64,000 nucleotides of DNA from a virus (taxonomy: Duplodnaviria > Caudoviricetes), in IMG/VR virus record IMGVR_UViG_3300031669_005479, positions 1-64,000 of that record. The stretch is one strand, 5' to 3'. The first letter of the stretch is position 1, and every line of letters begins with the position of its first letter. The notes below the pieces were generated by a model that worked only from the letters and a program-made list of their open reading frames with translations, was not told the origin of the DNA and did not search any database. The position numbers and the translations under genes were made by a program. Below, piece after piece: positions 26,718-37,783 of the stretch.

Positions 26718-29700
26718 TTATTCAATTGAAAGTGAAGACATACCATTCTCATCTACTTCAACATTAATTAAATAATCTGGATTAATATCTGCATGATGTT
26801 CAATTATTAACACCTTTTTCATATTATTCTTAATCAACTGTAATATTTCAACAAACTCTTCAACACTATTTTCATCCAACTTACCCATCACTTCGTCTAA
26901 TAGAAATATTGTTGGCTTTGCTTTTATATTAATTTGATTTAATGCAAATTTCAATACTACACTAGAAAATGTCCTTTCCTTACCACTAGCACTAATACAA
27001 TCAATAACAGAAGTTGGTCTATTATTGTAAATTAATTTAGGTCTGAGATCATCTAGGTCAAGCCACACTTTAAATGATGCTACCGACAGTATTTTCTCTA
27101 ATGTTAAATTAATTTTAGGTATAATATAGTTGCTTAATATTTGTCTTGGAATACCATCTCGATGAACACACTTTTTGTATAGATTCATCACCAAATCTCT
27201 ATATTCTTGTGCTTTAAATTCGATAATTAGCATTTCATTCGTTTTTATTTTTTGCAACTTTTCACCAATACTTGTTTTATGAATAAGTAAGTTTTCTTTT
27301 ACATCATTTTCTTCGATTTCTAATTCATTAATTCTTATTTTTGATGCAGCAATTCTCTTTTCAATTCTATGGTTTTCTTCGATTTGGAGCAAACTACTTT
27401 CATGTCCACCAATTTTTTGATTAAGAATATTAATTTTTAATGTTTCGTTTTGAATTTTAGTTGGAATAAAATCCAATTCTAGTTGAAGTTCCTTTCGTTT
27501 ATCCACATCATTTTTATCATTAGTGATTTCGCCAATTTCTTTCAACACATTTTCCATTTCAAGACTTTTACTAATAATACCTTCTTTAATCGTATTGATA
27601 TTATCATTTTTCAAACTAATAACATCTTGATACTTTTTAATGTCAATATCCTCTTTATCATGGATTTGTGATGCAATTTTTAACATTTCCCCTTTTTTAA
27701 TGTTAATGATATCATCAATATTATGTCGATGTTCAGGTAATAATTGCTGTCCACATGTTGGGCAAATTTTACTTTCATTTAATTCAATAATTTCTGCCTT
27801 ATATTTAGCACCATCTTTTTTTAATCTGAATATATCTCCATTAATGATTTCAATTTGATGACTATTTGTCTGAATTTCTTGCTCCAAATTCTTAATATCT
27901 AACTTAAGATTATATTCATTTATTTTATGTGTATTCTTTATTTCTTCAAGTTCTTTTAATCTCACAGCATCATAAGTTTGCTTCAAAGGTAATATACTTT
28001 GTTTTAAAACTAATTCTCGTGCACGAATTTCAACAATATTTTTTTTGTTTGCACTTATATCTTTCCGTGCAGCATCTACGTCTAAATTGTAGATTTCTGG
28101 GTCTATTTTATATAATTTCTTAGTCAAATCTTCAATATACTTTCTACCAGTCTGAATACTAGTCTGAATCTTTGGAAGTATTACTGTTTCAATGTTATTT
28201 ACATTTTCTTCAATTACTGCGATTTCTTGAGATAATTTCACATTTTCTGCAGTAGTTAACTCAACATTACAACTAACTCTTGGCTTTTCGTTAATGCGCT
28301 TTTGATATACTTTTAATCCTTCATGTTTTTTGTCAAATATATCCAATCCACTATCATAAAGTAGTGAATCAATAAAATCTGCCATATCGTTTGATAATAT
28401 GCGATTTAGAGTATCACTTGTTGTCATCACAATACGCATGAAATTATCATATGTTCCAATGATAGTTTCAATTTTCTTTTGCGTTAAATTTCGTCTATCT
28501 TCATCAAACTTTTCTATAGCAGATTCATCATTCATTTCATCATCAGGAGTTGCCAATAAATAGTAATTTAATGTCGTAGGTGCACCATTAATTTCACCAG
28601 ATTTATTTCTACTAATCTCGGTAATTTTTTTAATTCCAAAATATTCACCGTTTGCTTCAACCACAAGATATGCTTCACATGAGTTAGCACCATTCCGATT
28701 GTTTACAAAACGTTGATCGCCATATTTCATTCGAGATTCAGTCTCAATTGTCTTATTGAACATTAAATACGAAATTAACTTCATAATGGTTGTTTTACCT
28801 GCGGTATTGACACCATTAATCTGAAACAAGCCATCCATATCTCGCCAATCAATATCTAATTGACCATAGGACATGAAATTTTTGCCACCGAATTTAATTA
28901 TATTCCATTCTATACTTTCACTATCAATAATATCAATTTCACTTAAAATTTCCTTATCGAGCGCAATTACATCATTAATTACTTGCTCATCTGCGCCAAT
29001 TTTATTTAGAAATTCTTTAAAAATTTCATGTTGAACATTGACATCTATTATATTTTGTAGTGTAATTGTTTCATTAACATCAATTTTTTCTATTTCAAGA
29101 AATTCATTCTTATGGGAAATAATAACATTATTGTATTTTGATTTCAAGTATTCGATAATCTTTCTTTCGTTTTCTTTTGTACGTGTTTGCGGTAATGTAC
29201 ACCAAACAAACCTTACTTTCATATAAGTCGTTGGATTATCAATTTCGAAATCTAAATCATCAAAATCAAGATATTGGCTAATTTTAATGTTTTTAAACGA
29301 ATAATCGTTATGTATTGGAATTAATTCTGCACATTTATTAGAAACATTCCAAAGTAAATATCCATGAAAATTGTCGTCACCCTCTGAAACATCTTGCGCA
29401 ATTAATGACCCACAATATGCTTTAGTCTTATTTTTATCTAAGTATTGCATAAGATGTATGTCACCAAACATTGAAATATCACCCCTAAAATCCGAAATTT
29501 TATAGTATGAACTACTTTTCATTTCAAAACCTGTTGTAGATTTACATCCACCAACAGGATCATGGAATAAATCAATACTTGTAAGTCCACTTTGAGACTT
29601 ATATGCACTAATCTTTTTACCATCTTTTGTTTTCCAAGGATTGCTATTTTTTACGCCATGATGCCAAACCGCCCAAACAATGTTTTCGTCGGTAAAAAAA

Positions 29701-30044
29701 CCTGTTTCATCATAGTATTTAACATCTGCATCACCAAGGGTCTTAACAATTGCTTTTATACTATCAACACGCTTTAAATTTTTCTTTCTAAAATCATGAT
29801 TACCTCTAGTAATACGTACTGGTGCAATTTTACTTAATTCATGTAATAAATTATTTGCGGTGATGAGTTGTTCACTTTGTAAATCAAGATAGTCATGAAC
29901 TAAGTCCCCGACAATCACAATTCTATCTGGTTTTTTTTCTTTTAACGATTTAACTAAATTTTCAAATACCTTTTGATATTCATCATTTCTTGTGGGCACT
30001 TTACGCAAATGAATGTCTGCAAGATGAGCAATTGTATTAACCAT
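26718..30044 (-). CDS. sbcC: SbcD(Mre11)-SbcC(Rad50) fusion, gp47-gp46-like
   Basis: ADIH, GDLVHD, GNHD; GVNTAGKTT Walker A; CPTCG hook; SASGKE signature; LLDE Walker B. Confidence 0.92.
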   Translation of the reverse strand: MVNTIAHLADIHLRKVPTRNDEYQKVFENLVKSLKEKKPDRIVIVGDLVHDYLDLQSEQLITANNLLHELSKIAPVRITRGNHDFRKKNLKRVDSIKAIVKTLGDADVKYYDETGFFTDENIVWAVWHHGVKNSNPWKTKDGKKISAYKSQSGLTSIDLFHDPVGGCKSTTGFEMKSSSYYKISDFRGDISMFGDIHLMQYLDKNKTKAYCGSLIAQDVSEGDDNFHGYLLWNVSNKCAELIPIHNDYSFKNIKISQYLDFDDLDFEIDNPTTYMKVRFVWCTLPQTRTKENERKIIEYLKSKYNNVIISHKNEFLEIEKIDVNETITLQNIIDVNVQHEIFKEFLNKIGADEQVINDVIALDKEILSEIDIIDSESIEWNIIKFGGKNFMSYGQLDIDWRDMDGLFQINGVNTAGKTTIMKLISYLMFNKTIETESRMKYGDQRFVNNRNGANSCEAYLVVEANGEYFGIKKITEISRNKSGEINGAPTTLNYYLLATPDDEMNDESAIEKFDEDRRNLTQKKIETIIGTYDNFMRIVMTTSDTLNRILSNDMADFIDSLLYDSGLDIFDKKHEGLKVYQKRINEKPRVSCNVELTTAENVKLSQEIAVIEENVNNIETVILPKIQTSIQTGRKYIEDLTKKLYKIDPEIYNLDVDAARKDISANKKNIVEIRARELVLKQSILPLKQTYDAVRLKELEEIKNTHKINEYNLKLDIKNLEQEIQTNSHQIEIINGDIFRLKKDGAKYKAEIIELNESKICPTCGQQLLPEHRHNIDDIINIKKGEMLKIASQIHDKEDIDIKKYQDVISLKNDNINTIKEGIISKSLEMENVLKEIGEITNDKNDVDKRKELQLELDFIPTKIQNETLKINILNQKIGGHESSLLQIEENHRIEKRIAASKIRINELEIEENDVKENLLIHKTSIGEKLQKIKTNEMLIIEFKAQEYRDLVMNLYKKCVHRDGIPRQILSNYIIPKINLTLEKILSVASFKVWLDLDDLRPKLIYNNRPTSVIDCISASGKERTFSSVVLKFALNQINIKAKPTIFLLDEVMGKLDENSVEEFVEILQLIKNNMKKVLIIEHHADINPDYLINVEVDENGMSSLSIE

Positions 30045-30207
30045 GTTTTAAATTTTTTTACAAATATATTCAAAAGTATATCTATATGCAAGGGTTTTGC
30101 AAATTTGTCAATATCATAGTCATTTAACATGCAAATTTGTCATACAACCCTCAATGGCATTCGGTTTGTAATTTACAGTTTAAAATAACATTAACTTAAA
30201 AAATTAA

Positions 30208-30633
30208 ATGAATATGTTAATAAGAAAGTATGCAACGCCATCAACAGGAATTTTTGAGGCAGTTTTAGACGATTTATTTGAATTCTACACAATGAGTTCT
30301 AGCACTAAAGTAAAAACGCCAATACATGACGTTATTGAAAATGAAAATGAATATCTGGTCGAATTATTACTCGCTGGTATTAAAAAAGAAGATATTAACA
30401 TTGATATTGAAAAAGATGTGTTGATAATTAAAGCAGAACGCAAGGAAATTAATGATTTAAAATATAATCGTAAAGAAACATATTTTGGAAAATATGAAAG
30501 GTCTTTTAAACTTCCAGATAATGTGGATAAGGAAAAAATTGACGCATCGTTGACGGACGGAATACTAAAAATAATAGTTCCTAAACTTCAAAACGATAAA
30601 TTGGTTAATAAAAGAACCATTGAAATTAAATAA
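30208..30633 (+). CDS. Hsp20 / alpha-crystallin small heat-shock protein
   Basis: LAGIKKEDINI, FERSF-like YERSFKLP, ASLTDGILKIIVPK. Confidence 0.93.
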   Translation: MNMLIRKYATPSTGIFEAVLDDLFEFYTMSSSTKVKTPIHDVIENENEYLVELLLAGIKKEDINIDIEKDVLIIKAERKEINDLKYNRKETYFGKYERSFKLPDNVDKEKIDASLTDGILKIIVPKLQNDKLVNKRTIEIK

Positions 30634-30648
30634 TAACTGTTTCAAATG

Positions 30649-30680
30649 AAAAATGGATATCAAATCAGATATCCATTTTT
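30649..30680. terminator. Bidirectional terminator
   Basis: 13-bp inverted repeat between convergent genes. Confidence 0.7.
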
Positions 30681-30681
30681 A

Positions 30682-31347
30682 TTATTCATATATTATTTCC
30701 AAATTATTTTTCTTTAATTTAGATTTAATATAATTTACTCTATTACTTATGGTTGTACTGGTTACATTAAATTCCTTTCCAATCTCATTATAATCATATC
30801 CTTGAATGTATTTCATATCTAATAATGTAAAATCTTGGGCAGATAATTGTGCTGAAATGTAATTAATTGAATTGTCATTTTCAAATGTAATATTATTTGT
30901 TATAGAATAACTATTCAAATCAAACAAAGAATTGTTGCTTATTGTTGAATTAATATCACATAAGTTTGTAGAAATATTATTATCAATAAAGTTGGTAAAT
31001 GTAATGTTTTCGCTAACATTTGATGTAATAATAGGTGCACTATTCCTCCACTTATCAATCATGTAGTTTTTAGCAATACTGAATACCCATGAACTAAATT
31101 TTGATTTATTAAAATCAAATGAATTTAGATTCATAAAAATTTTAATCATTATTTCGGACACATCGTCATCAAGGTCATAATATGTTGAATATTTACTTCT
31201 AATAAAATTTTCTACAGACCTTTTATATTTATTATATAGTTTTTCTTGTGCTACTTGATTTCCATTCAAAATACTTTGAATAAGAACTTCGTCCTCCTGC
31301 TCTTTTATCATAAGGTTTTTGTAAATCACTAATAAAATAATCGTCAA
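30682..31347 (-). CDS. ECF-type RNA polymerase sigma factor
   Basis: AQEKLYNKY, DDDVSEIMIKIF, KFSSWVFSIAKNYMIDKWR, region 4 YNEIGKEFNVTSTTISNRVN. Confidence 0.88.
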   Translation of the reverse strand: MTIILLVIYKNLMIKEQEDEVLIQSILNGNQVAQEKLYNKYKRSVENFIRSKYSTYYDLDDDVSEIMIKIFMNLNSFDFNKSKFSSWVFSIAKNYMIDKWRNSAPIITSNVSENITFTNFIDNNISTNLCDINSTISNNSLFDLNSYSITNNITFENDNSINYISAQLSAQDFTLLDMKYIQGYDYNEIGKEFNVTSTTISNRVNYIKSKLKKNNLEIIYE

Positions 31348-32302
31348 TCGTTAAACCTCTTGCATCATATAAACATTTAATTACTTCATCGACACCTTGA
31401 TTTCTACGAAGTTCATCTAAATCTTCATTTGTTGGTAGTTTAACTATTCTGACTCTTTCTTCACAACCGATATAAATATTTTCTAGCATATAAAATAGTT
31501 CAATTGCATTTTTATAGGCATCTGGGTCTAATATAACAACAACATTAGGTTTTAATTCCTTAAGTTTCATATATAGTGCAACAAATATCGTTTTTCCAAG
31601 CATTGGTATGATATTCACAGGAAATGATAATTGCTCAAATGCACCTTCAACTAAATATACTGTAGAATCCCAATTTACAAGACCTTCATTAAAAATAATT
31701 TTATCTTTGTCAACTGGTGGATTTAAATACTTTCTTTTTTTTTCTTTTGGATCATAACTTCTGCCAACAAAATAGTTTAATTCACCCTGTGCATCAAATG
31801 AAGGAATTATTATTCTCTTAGCATATTTTCCAGTAGTGCAAAAACCAAGTCTATATTTTAAAATAATATCTCGGCTAATTTTTCTTTCGAGAACCAAATA
31901 ATTATATGCTTCGAAATGTTCTGGATTTTCCACATCCATTTGTGAGAATGAAATCATTTCATCTGGAAGTTGAACATGTGCACACTCGTCATCATTTTCA
32001 GTATCAGCATAATCGTGATAAATTCCAGCATACGACTTATACATTTCATAATCCATATGACTACCAAATGTTCTAATAAGTTTACCCAATGAACCACTAA
32101 ATCTTGGTTCATCGCACTTCCAGCATCTAAACATACGCTTGGCAGTGTTTATCTCAAGGTTAAACTTACCATCTGGGTGTGAAAGACCTTCACGCTCTTG
32201 ACAACGAGGACAATTTACTTGTAGTTGTTCACTGTGCTGTAAACCATTGACATCGCCAAAAACATTTTGAATTATTGAATGGAATTCTTCACCACGTATC
32301 AT
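31232..32302 (-). CDS. DNA primase (Zn finger + TOPRIM)
   Basis: CPRC..CWKC, RIIIPSF, YFVGR, LVEG, LDPDA. Confidence 0.88.
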   Translation of the reverse strand: MIRGEEFHSIIQNVFGDVNGLQHSEQLQVNCPRCQEREGLSHPDGKFNLEINTAKRMFRCWKCDEPRFSGSLGKLIRTFGSHMDYEMYKSYAGIYHDYADTENDDECAHVQLPDEMISFSQMDVENPEHFEAYNYLVLERKISRDIILKYRLGFCTTGKYAKRIIIPSFDAQGELNYFVGRSYDPKEKKRKYLNPPVDKDKIIFNEGLVNWDSTVYLVEGAFEQLSFPVNIIPMLGKTIFVALYMKLKELKPNVVVILDPDAYKNAIELFYMLENIYIGCEERVRIVKLPTNEDLDELRRNQGVDEVIKCLYDARGLTIDDYFISDLQKPYDKRAGGRSSYSKYFEWKSSSTRKTI

Positions 32303-32365
32303 ATGGCAAATATAAAAAAGTTTTGCCCCAAAACAAAGGTTTTAGGGCAAAACTTTAAAATTATA

Positions 32366-32917
32366 TTAATACTTTCTATAACTATCTAAGAAAGGGAAAA
32401 AAACAATCAGTTTATTTAAAAATGCAACAGGATATATGATTAAATTAGGTGTATTTGTAGTGGGGTTAATTCCCATACTAAATAAAGCATCCTGTAATTC
32501 ACTAAATAGTTTAACAACGTTTGTCTTAACATCGCCATCATCAAGTATGCCAGTACCATTTTTAAATTTTCTTAATTCTTCATAAATTCTAAAATAATCT
32601 GCCTTAGTTAATTCAAGTTCTGCTGTAAGACTTTTATTTTTTTCTGTAAGCAATTCTAATTGTTCTTCAAGCCACTCAACGCCAACAACTTCTTGTTTAG
32701 TAGATTGTTCACTGGACGTTGTTATGATATTTTCCTTTTTATCTGGATTCAAATTAATATCCTGTAAAAGTTCATCAACCTTTGCTTTTGCCTTTAGTTT
32801 ACGTTCATCTTCGGCAGTATGTGATGGTTTAACCACATTAGTTACTACATTTTTTTTTATGGTGGTAGTTTTATTTGTTCCACCTTTTGCTAATTTTAAT
32901 AGTTTTTCTTTTGCCAT
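32366..32917 (-). CDS. Hypothetical coiled-coil protein
   Basis: ORF in the minus-strand run. Confidence 0.6.
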   Translation of the reverse strand: MAKEKLLKLAKGGTNKTTTIKKNVVTNVVKPSHTAEDERKLKAKAKVDELLQDINLNPDKKENIITTSSEQSTKQEVVGVEWLEEQLELLTEKNKSLTAELELTKADYFRIYEELRKFKNGTGILDDGDVKTNVVKLFSELQDALFSMGINPTTNTPNLIIYPVAFLNKLIVFFPFLDSYRKY

Positions 32918-32919
32918 TT

Positions 32920-34395
32920 TTAATCAATTATTATGTTTGTATTTAAATGTGCAACCAATCCAAATTCATGATTCCATACAAACGCATCAGCTGCTTTCGT
33001 ACTTCCAACAAATCCTTTCTTATGATGCCATTCTTCCGTACCTGTGAGACTCGAAAGGTATCTAATTGTAACTCCAAGGTCTTCATTTAATTCTCTTGTC
33101 TTATTTAATTCATATTTAATATTACGCTTTCTATGTATATGACCTAAATGCCATTCATGAAATTTAGTTTCACTCCACATCGGTTTTGATTCGATATCCG
33201 TTGCCATTAACATTGGTAACGAACTTTCCTTTTCTTCACTTCCATGCGTAAGTCCCAACAATACATTACCAAAACGATAATATTTTCTTGGAGAAGCACC
33301 ATTATTAATATAAATCTGTGGGTCATTATTGAACCAAGCCTCTAAATATTTCCCCATATAATAGCTACGTTCAAAATCATGATTTCCAGGTATTACAACC
33401 ACATCAACAGGAACACCCATTTGTTTCAATAAATTAATTGCATCAACTAACAATCTAACACCAATATTAAATGTTTTTTGCCATCTAAGGTCTTCATCTT
33501 GCTGTGTGCCTTTTGTTGTAGTATTCAACAAATTATCACTGTTAAAAAAATCATTTCCAATTGGAAATAGTATTCGAGAGTATTGAAATCCACCTGCCCT
33601 ATACAAAAGTTTTGTAATTGAAGTTAAAAATCTTTCACGTGCAATTTTAGTATCATAATTTTCAAATGTTTCACCGCCCCATGCAAGTTTACCTATGTGT
33701 AAATCAAAAATGCTGATTTCAAGTAAATTATTTTCAACATCATCTGAAAGTTTACTTGGTATGTATTCAAGAACAGGTAAGGGTGGTTTATAATTTTTTA
33801 TCATATCGAGAAAAATTTCACCAACTTTTCTTTCCCTAACATCCATAACACTTTTCTCTAATCGTGCCTTAACTTGAAAATTTTGATATGTTCTTGCTTC
33901 TTCATTAATTATTGCAGTAACATCCCATTTATTTACTGTATAGTCCTTAACCTTCCATGTTTTAGTATCAACCTCACACACAGACAATAATTGGTCTAAT
34001 GTTTTTATATGATCGGCAGGATAATTTTTACCACTATTCCAATTAATTTCTGCGCTATTATCATTAACATTAAATGTAATTTGTTCGCCATTAGTTGATG
34101 GTGGAACATTACCACTTACATTCTCATTTGAATTTAAATTAGTGGTTTGAACTTCTGGTTTATTATATAATGAGATTGTGCTATTTGAAACATATCTACT
34201 ATATGCTGCATTAAATTGATTAAATTGCTCCGAATCCAACGTTCCATTATAATGTGACTCATAAGCCATTGCTTTAACATTTTTAACGTATGTGTCAGAA
34301 AATCCAGCTTTAACTGAGGCTTCCTTTACTGACATTTGATGTTTAATTGCATAGTCTATAATTTCAATTGCATTTTCAATTCGTTTACTTTTCAT
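32920..34395 (-). CDS. HTH + calcineurin-like metallophosphoesterase
   Basis: DLHIG, GNDFFN, PGNHD, THG, GHIH. Confidence 0.8.
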   Translation of the reverse strand: MKSKRIENAIEIIDYAIKHQMSVKEASVKAGFSDTYVKNVKAMAYESHYNGTLDSEQFNQFNAAYSRYVSNSTISLYNKPEVQTTNLNSNENVSGNVPPSTNGEQITFNVNDNSAEINWNSGKNYPADHIKTLDQLLSVCEVDTKTWKVKDYTVNKWDVTAIINEEARTYQNFQVKARLEKSVMDVRERKVGEIFLDMIKNYKPPLPVLEYIPSKLSDDVENNLLEISIFDLHIGKLAWGGETFENYDTKIARERFLTSITKLLYRAGGFQYSRILFPIGNDFFNSDNLLNTTTKGTQQDEDLRWQKTFNIGVRLLVDAINLLKQMGVPVDVVVIPGNHDFERSYYMGKYLEAWFNNDPQIYINNGASPRKYYRFGNVLLGLTHGSEEKESSLPMLMATDIESKPMWSETKFHEWHLGHIHRKRNIKYELNKTRELNEDLGVTIRYLSSLTGTEEWHHKKGFVGSTKAADAFVWNHEFGLVAHLNTNIIID

Positions 34396-34465
34396 ATTTA
34401 AATATTTAAATTAATGCTTTTAATTTTTGTCAAATCTATTACAAAAAACTTAAAAGCACAAGTGT

Positions 34466-34774
34466 TTATATAAATATATTACCGCTTTTTTTTAAATATT
34501 GTAGATTTTCCTCAATTTGTCTACATTCATTTTTAAAACTGATTTCATTACTGATTGACATATAAAACCATTCACCTTCTTTACGAAGATATGAATATCG
34601 CTGCTGCAATGCTTTTTCAATTTGATATGCAAATTCTGATTGATAAACTTCAACCAACCTTAACTTAGAGGAGTTTCCAGTTTGCAGTTGTGCTACACGT
34701 TTATTAGGATGCTTTGACACACCAATTTTATAATTACTATTTACTAAAGACTGAATTAAATAAACATATTTCAT
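34466..34774 (-). CDS. GIY-YIG-like nuclease (T5orf172/MUG113)
   Basis: YVYLI, YKIGVS, RVAQLQTGN. Confidence 0.85.
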   Translation of the reverse strand: MKYVYLIQSLVNSNYKIGVSKHPNKRVAQLQTGNSSKLRLVEVYQSEFAYQIEKALQQRYSYLRKEGEWFYMSISNEISFKNECRQIEENLQYLKKSGNIFI

Positions 34775-35382
34775 TTAATGATTCCCAACTGTTTTAAACC
34801 TGCAACACCTACAGTATAAGCATCCGACATATCATAGCACATATCTTTTGGCTCATTACTATTTTTTTTATAAAACCATTCAATTTGTGGCTCTAGTTCG
34901 CAGACTTTTTTCCAAATATACAACTTTTTTTTGTCACGATACTCAGGTGGGAACGATAATGTTTCGACAATTTCACCTTTTTTAACACTACTACTAACCA
35001 ATTCTGTGCAAAATAGCCTACGTGAATTATAAACACTAATTTTTTTTGGGTAAATACCAAATGTCGTATATAAAATATATCTACATATACCATTAAATCC
35101 AAATAGCAATGATACGGTATTTGAATTATTACTTCCACCAAGCGGTTCTTCTACTATGATATGAACGATTTCTCCATTAAGTTCGTTTAAAATATGTTCC
35201 TTATATTCATTAACATATTTTCTAAAAATTTCTGCCTTATGAATATCCCTATCCTCAGCAGGCACGTTTTTATCAGTTTTTAATTCAAGATGTTTAAGTT
35301 CAATAAGTTTTCCATTACTATCCCACAACGCACTTCCAATATTTGTGGTACTAATATCTAATGACCAAATATATTTTTCCAT
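34771..35382 (-). CDS. RuvC-like Holliday junction resolvase
   Basis: SLDISTT, IVEEP, DMSDAY. Confidence 0.7.
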   Translation of the reverse strand: MEKYIWSLDISTTNIGSALWDSNGKLIELKHLELKTDKNVPAEDRDIHKAEIFRKYVNEYKEHILNELNGEIVHIIVEEPLGGSNNSNTVSLLFGFNGICRYILYTTFGIYPKKISVYNSRRLFCTELVSSSVKKGEIVETLSFPPEYRDKKKLYIWKKVCELEPQIEWFYKKNSNEPKDMCYDMSDAYTVGVAGLKQLGIIK

Positions 35383-35391
35383 AACTATATC

Positions 35392-35601
35392 TTATTTATA
35401 ATTCAAATGATTTTCTTTAATCTCATCAACCATTTTCTGAATTGTTTTTGGATTATCTAGGTATAGTCTAATTAGGTCTTCAATAACACCACCAATTTTC
35501 AAACTTCTTCCCTTACAAAATAGTTTAAATTTGTTATGTAATTCACCTTCAATTATAATAGACTTTGGCTTAGTCTCACTCAAAATAAGTATATCTTTCA
35601 T
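35392..35601 (-). CDS. Small DNA-binding protein (ribbon-helix-helix-like)
   Basis: KSIII..ELHNKFKLFC..IGGVIEDLI pattern. Confidence 0.45.
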   Translation of the reverse strand: MKDILILSETKPKSIIIEGELHNKFKLFCKGRSLKIGGVIEDLIRLYLDNPKTIQKMVDEIKENHLNYK

Positions 35602-35680
35602 AATTTATCATAAATTTAATTTCATAATTTATAATAAATACTAAGAAATTATAAAAAAATATAAAAATTTTATATTTTAA

Positions 35681-36502
35681 TTAAAAATCAATTGCAAACA
35701 ATATTGTTCTTGAAATTGTTGAGTCTTTGGGTACTGGATCATTTAATTTACCAATTGCAACTAAATTTTTATTACTATCGTATATTCCAACTTCAGTTAT
35801 ATATACTTTCGAAACGCCATCCCAAGTTGAATTAGTTGTAGAATTAAATTCATTTAATGGCAAATTAATTGAAAGGTCTGTAGTATATACGTCTGCCTTA
35901 ATATCAGCGGTAACATTGCCAAAAAAATACGTTTCATCTCCAAAAGATAGTTGTTCTAGTTGACTCGATGATGGATAATTTAAATAATCCAAAGCATAAT
36001 TTAAATAACTATCATAGTTATTTAATGGAACCTTAAATACTACACTAACCAGTTGACTAGCAGTCAAGAATCCAATACCACTATATCCAACAACCTGATT
36101 TGTAACATCATAATATTTCCATGCACCAGAAATAGGATTAACTAATGAAATATCAGTATTTCCACTATTAACAACCTGAATAATAATATATATTCTATGT
36201 GCAGTAAAACCTGTGCCATTATTCAAATCATCACCTAAAAATTTAAATTCATTTACATTTTGAAAATTCACACGAACTTCTTGTATTGCCAAATTATCCG
36301 TTTGAATTTGCATTTTATTAATATAATTACAATGAATTGCTTGTCCATATCCTGCAGTATTCCCTGTTGGAACTAATGCGTATGTTGTAAAAATTGTATA
36401 ATTACTCATCATGTTTTTTTTAACTTCCAATACTATAATTAGGTAATGTCCAAGACCTATTTGACTTATATGACATTGCAAATAACAATTCTTGGTCTTC
36501 AA
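35681..36502 (-). CDS. Tail/baseplate structural protein
   Basis: C-terminal ITEVGIYD..LVAIGKL; structural context. Confidence 0.55.
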   Translation of the reverse strand: MKTKNCYLQCHISQIGLGHYLIIVLEVKKNMMSNYTIFTTYALVPTGNTAGYGQAIHCNYINKMQIQTDNLAIQEVRVNFQNVNEFKFLGDDLNNGTGFTAHRIYIIIQVVNSGNTDISLVNPISGAWKYYDVTNQVVGYSGIGFLTASQLVSVVFKVPLNNYDSYLNYALDYLNYPSSSQLEQLSFGDETYFFGNVTADIKADVYTTDLSINLPLNEFNSTTNSTWDGVSKVYITEVGIYDSNKNLVAIGKLNDPVPKDSTISRTILFAIDF

Positions 36503-37727
36503 TTACAAATAATTTCAAATCTGGAAATACTTTACCAACAACAATTCCTGATGGGTCTGTTAAGTTATAATATACCGTATTAAGTGATTTAGTTGCACCA
36601 GTCAATAATTTAGAACTACCGCTTGCAACCAATGTAACACCTAATGTATTGCCTGTTGATCTATGATACATTATTGTTGGTATTTCTAATTTGGGCATTT
36701 TATTATCTGGAATGCTAACCAAAAATCCTTCGGCATATACATTTGCTGGTGAATTATTGGTATAATGAATTACGCCTAATTTTTTATAAATAGGTGCTTG
36801 ATTCTGTATATAAGATACAAAACCACCAAATGCGATATTTTTAAATTGTGTATATTTTAGATTTCCAGCACCAATACCAGCAATTTCTTCAGTATATATT
36901 ATAGACATATTCCAAAATGGAAATACTACTGTCGGGCATTGACTATTTTGTAAAAACGAAATTACACTTTCATCAAGATATTCTGTTGGTGTCATACTGC
37001 TTATTGTCGCACCACTAAAATTAATGTGATTATAATAAATCATTGCACCTGCATATACTGAACCAGACACTCCTAATCCACTAAAGTCTGGCAGATTTCT
37101 ATCAACACTAACATTTATACCACTTCCAGATAATCTACCGCTACCATTTATTGATGTAATTTTATACCAAAGATTTGGTGTTGGATAATTTTTATTTACA
37201 TCATACCCTGTTGTATCACCAGAATTTGTCCACCTAATAAATAACAAATCACCAACTTCTGGCTCATTTACATTTGCACCATATGTTGGTGCTTGCAACA
37301 GAGTAAGTGATAACCCTCCGCTAACACCACTGACTTGAACCATTGCATCTGGCTGCTTCACATGATTGCTATCGGTAATAAAAGTAACTCCACTATCGGT
37401 AAAAAATCCAAGAGAACCTATTGAATTTTGAACAACATAGGATGTTGTTGGTATTGTAGCCATTTGGTTATACGAATCACCAGATAAATTTCTTGGAATA
37501 AATGATATTATGTTTGGATTTTTATCTATTGGTCTTAATATGTTAGCATTGAATGCAGTATAACCCGAAGAATCAACATGTGCATCAGCATTAAATTTAT
37601 AATCAATTTCACTATCTCCAAGTGCATAATAACTAAAATTTAACAAACCTTGTGATAGTAAATTTCTACCATATGATGTTAATTTTATATTAATTACAAC
37701 TGGGTCGTTTTTACTTATAAATGACAT
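36420..37727 (-). CDS. Tail structural protein
   Basis: IKLTSYGRNLL..LGDSEIDY N-terminus; G/S/T-rich. Confidence 0.55.
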   Translation of the reverse strand: MSFISKNDPVVINIKLTSYGRNLLSQGLLNFSYYALGDSEIDYKFNADAHVDSSGYTAFNANILRPIDKNPNIISFIPRNLSGDSYNQMATIPTTSYVVQNSIGSLGFFTDSGVTFITDSNHVKQPDAMVQVSGVSGGLSLTLLQAPTYGANVNEPEVGDLLFIRWTNSGDTTGYDVNKNYPTPNLWYKITSINGSGRLSGSGINVSVDRNLPDFSGLGVSGSVYAGAMIYYNHINFSGATISSMTPTEYLDESVISFLQNSQCPTVVFPFWNMSIIYTEEIAGIGAGNLKYTQFKNIAFGGFVSYIQNQAPIYKKLGVIHYTNNSPANVYAEGFLVSIPDNKMPKLEIPTIMYHRSTGNTLGVTLVASGSSKLLTGATKSLNTVYYNLTDPSGIVVGKVFPDLKLFVIEDQELLFAMSYKSNRSWTLPNYSIGS

Positions 37728-37783
37728 TTTTTTCTCTTTAGAATAAATACAGTTAAATTTATTTTATTACAATTTTATTCAAT

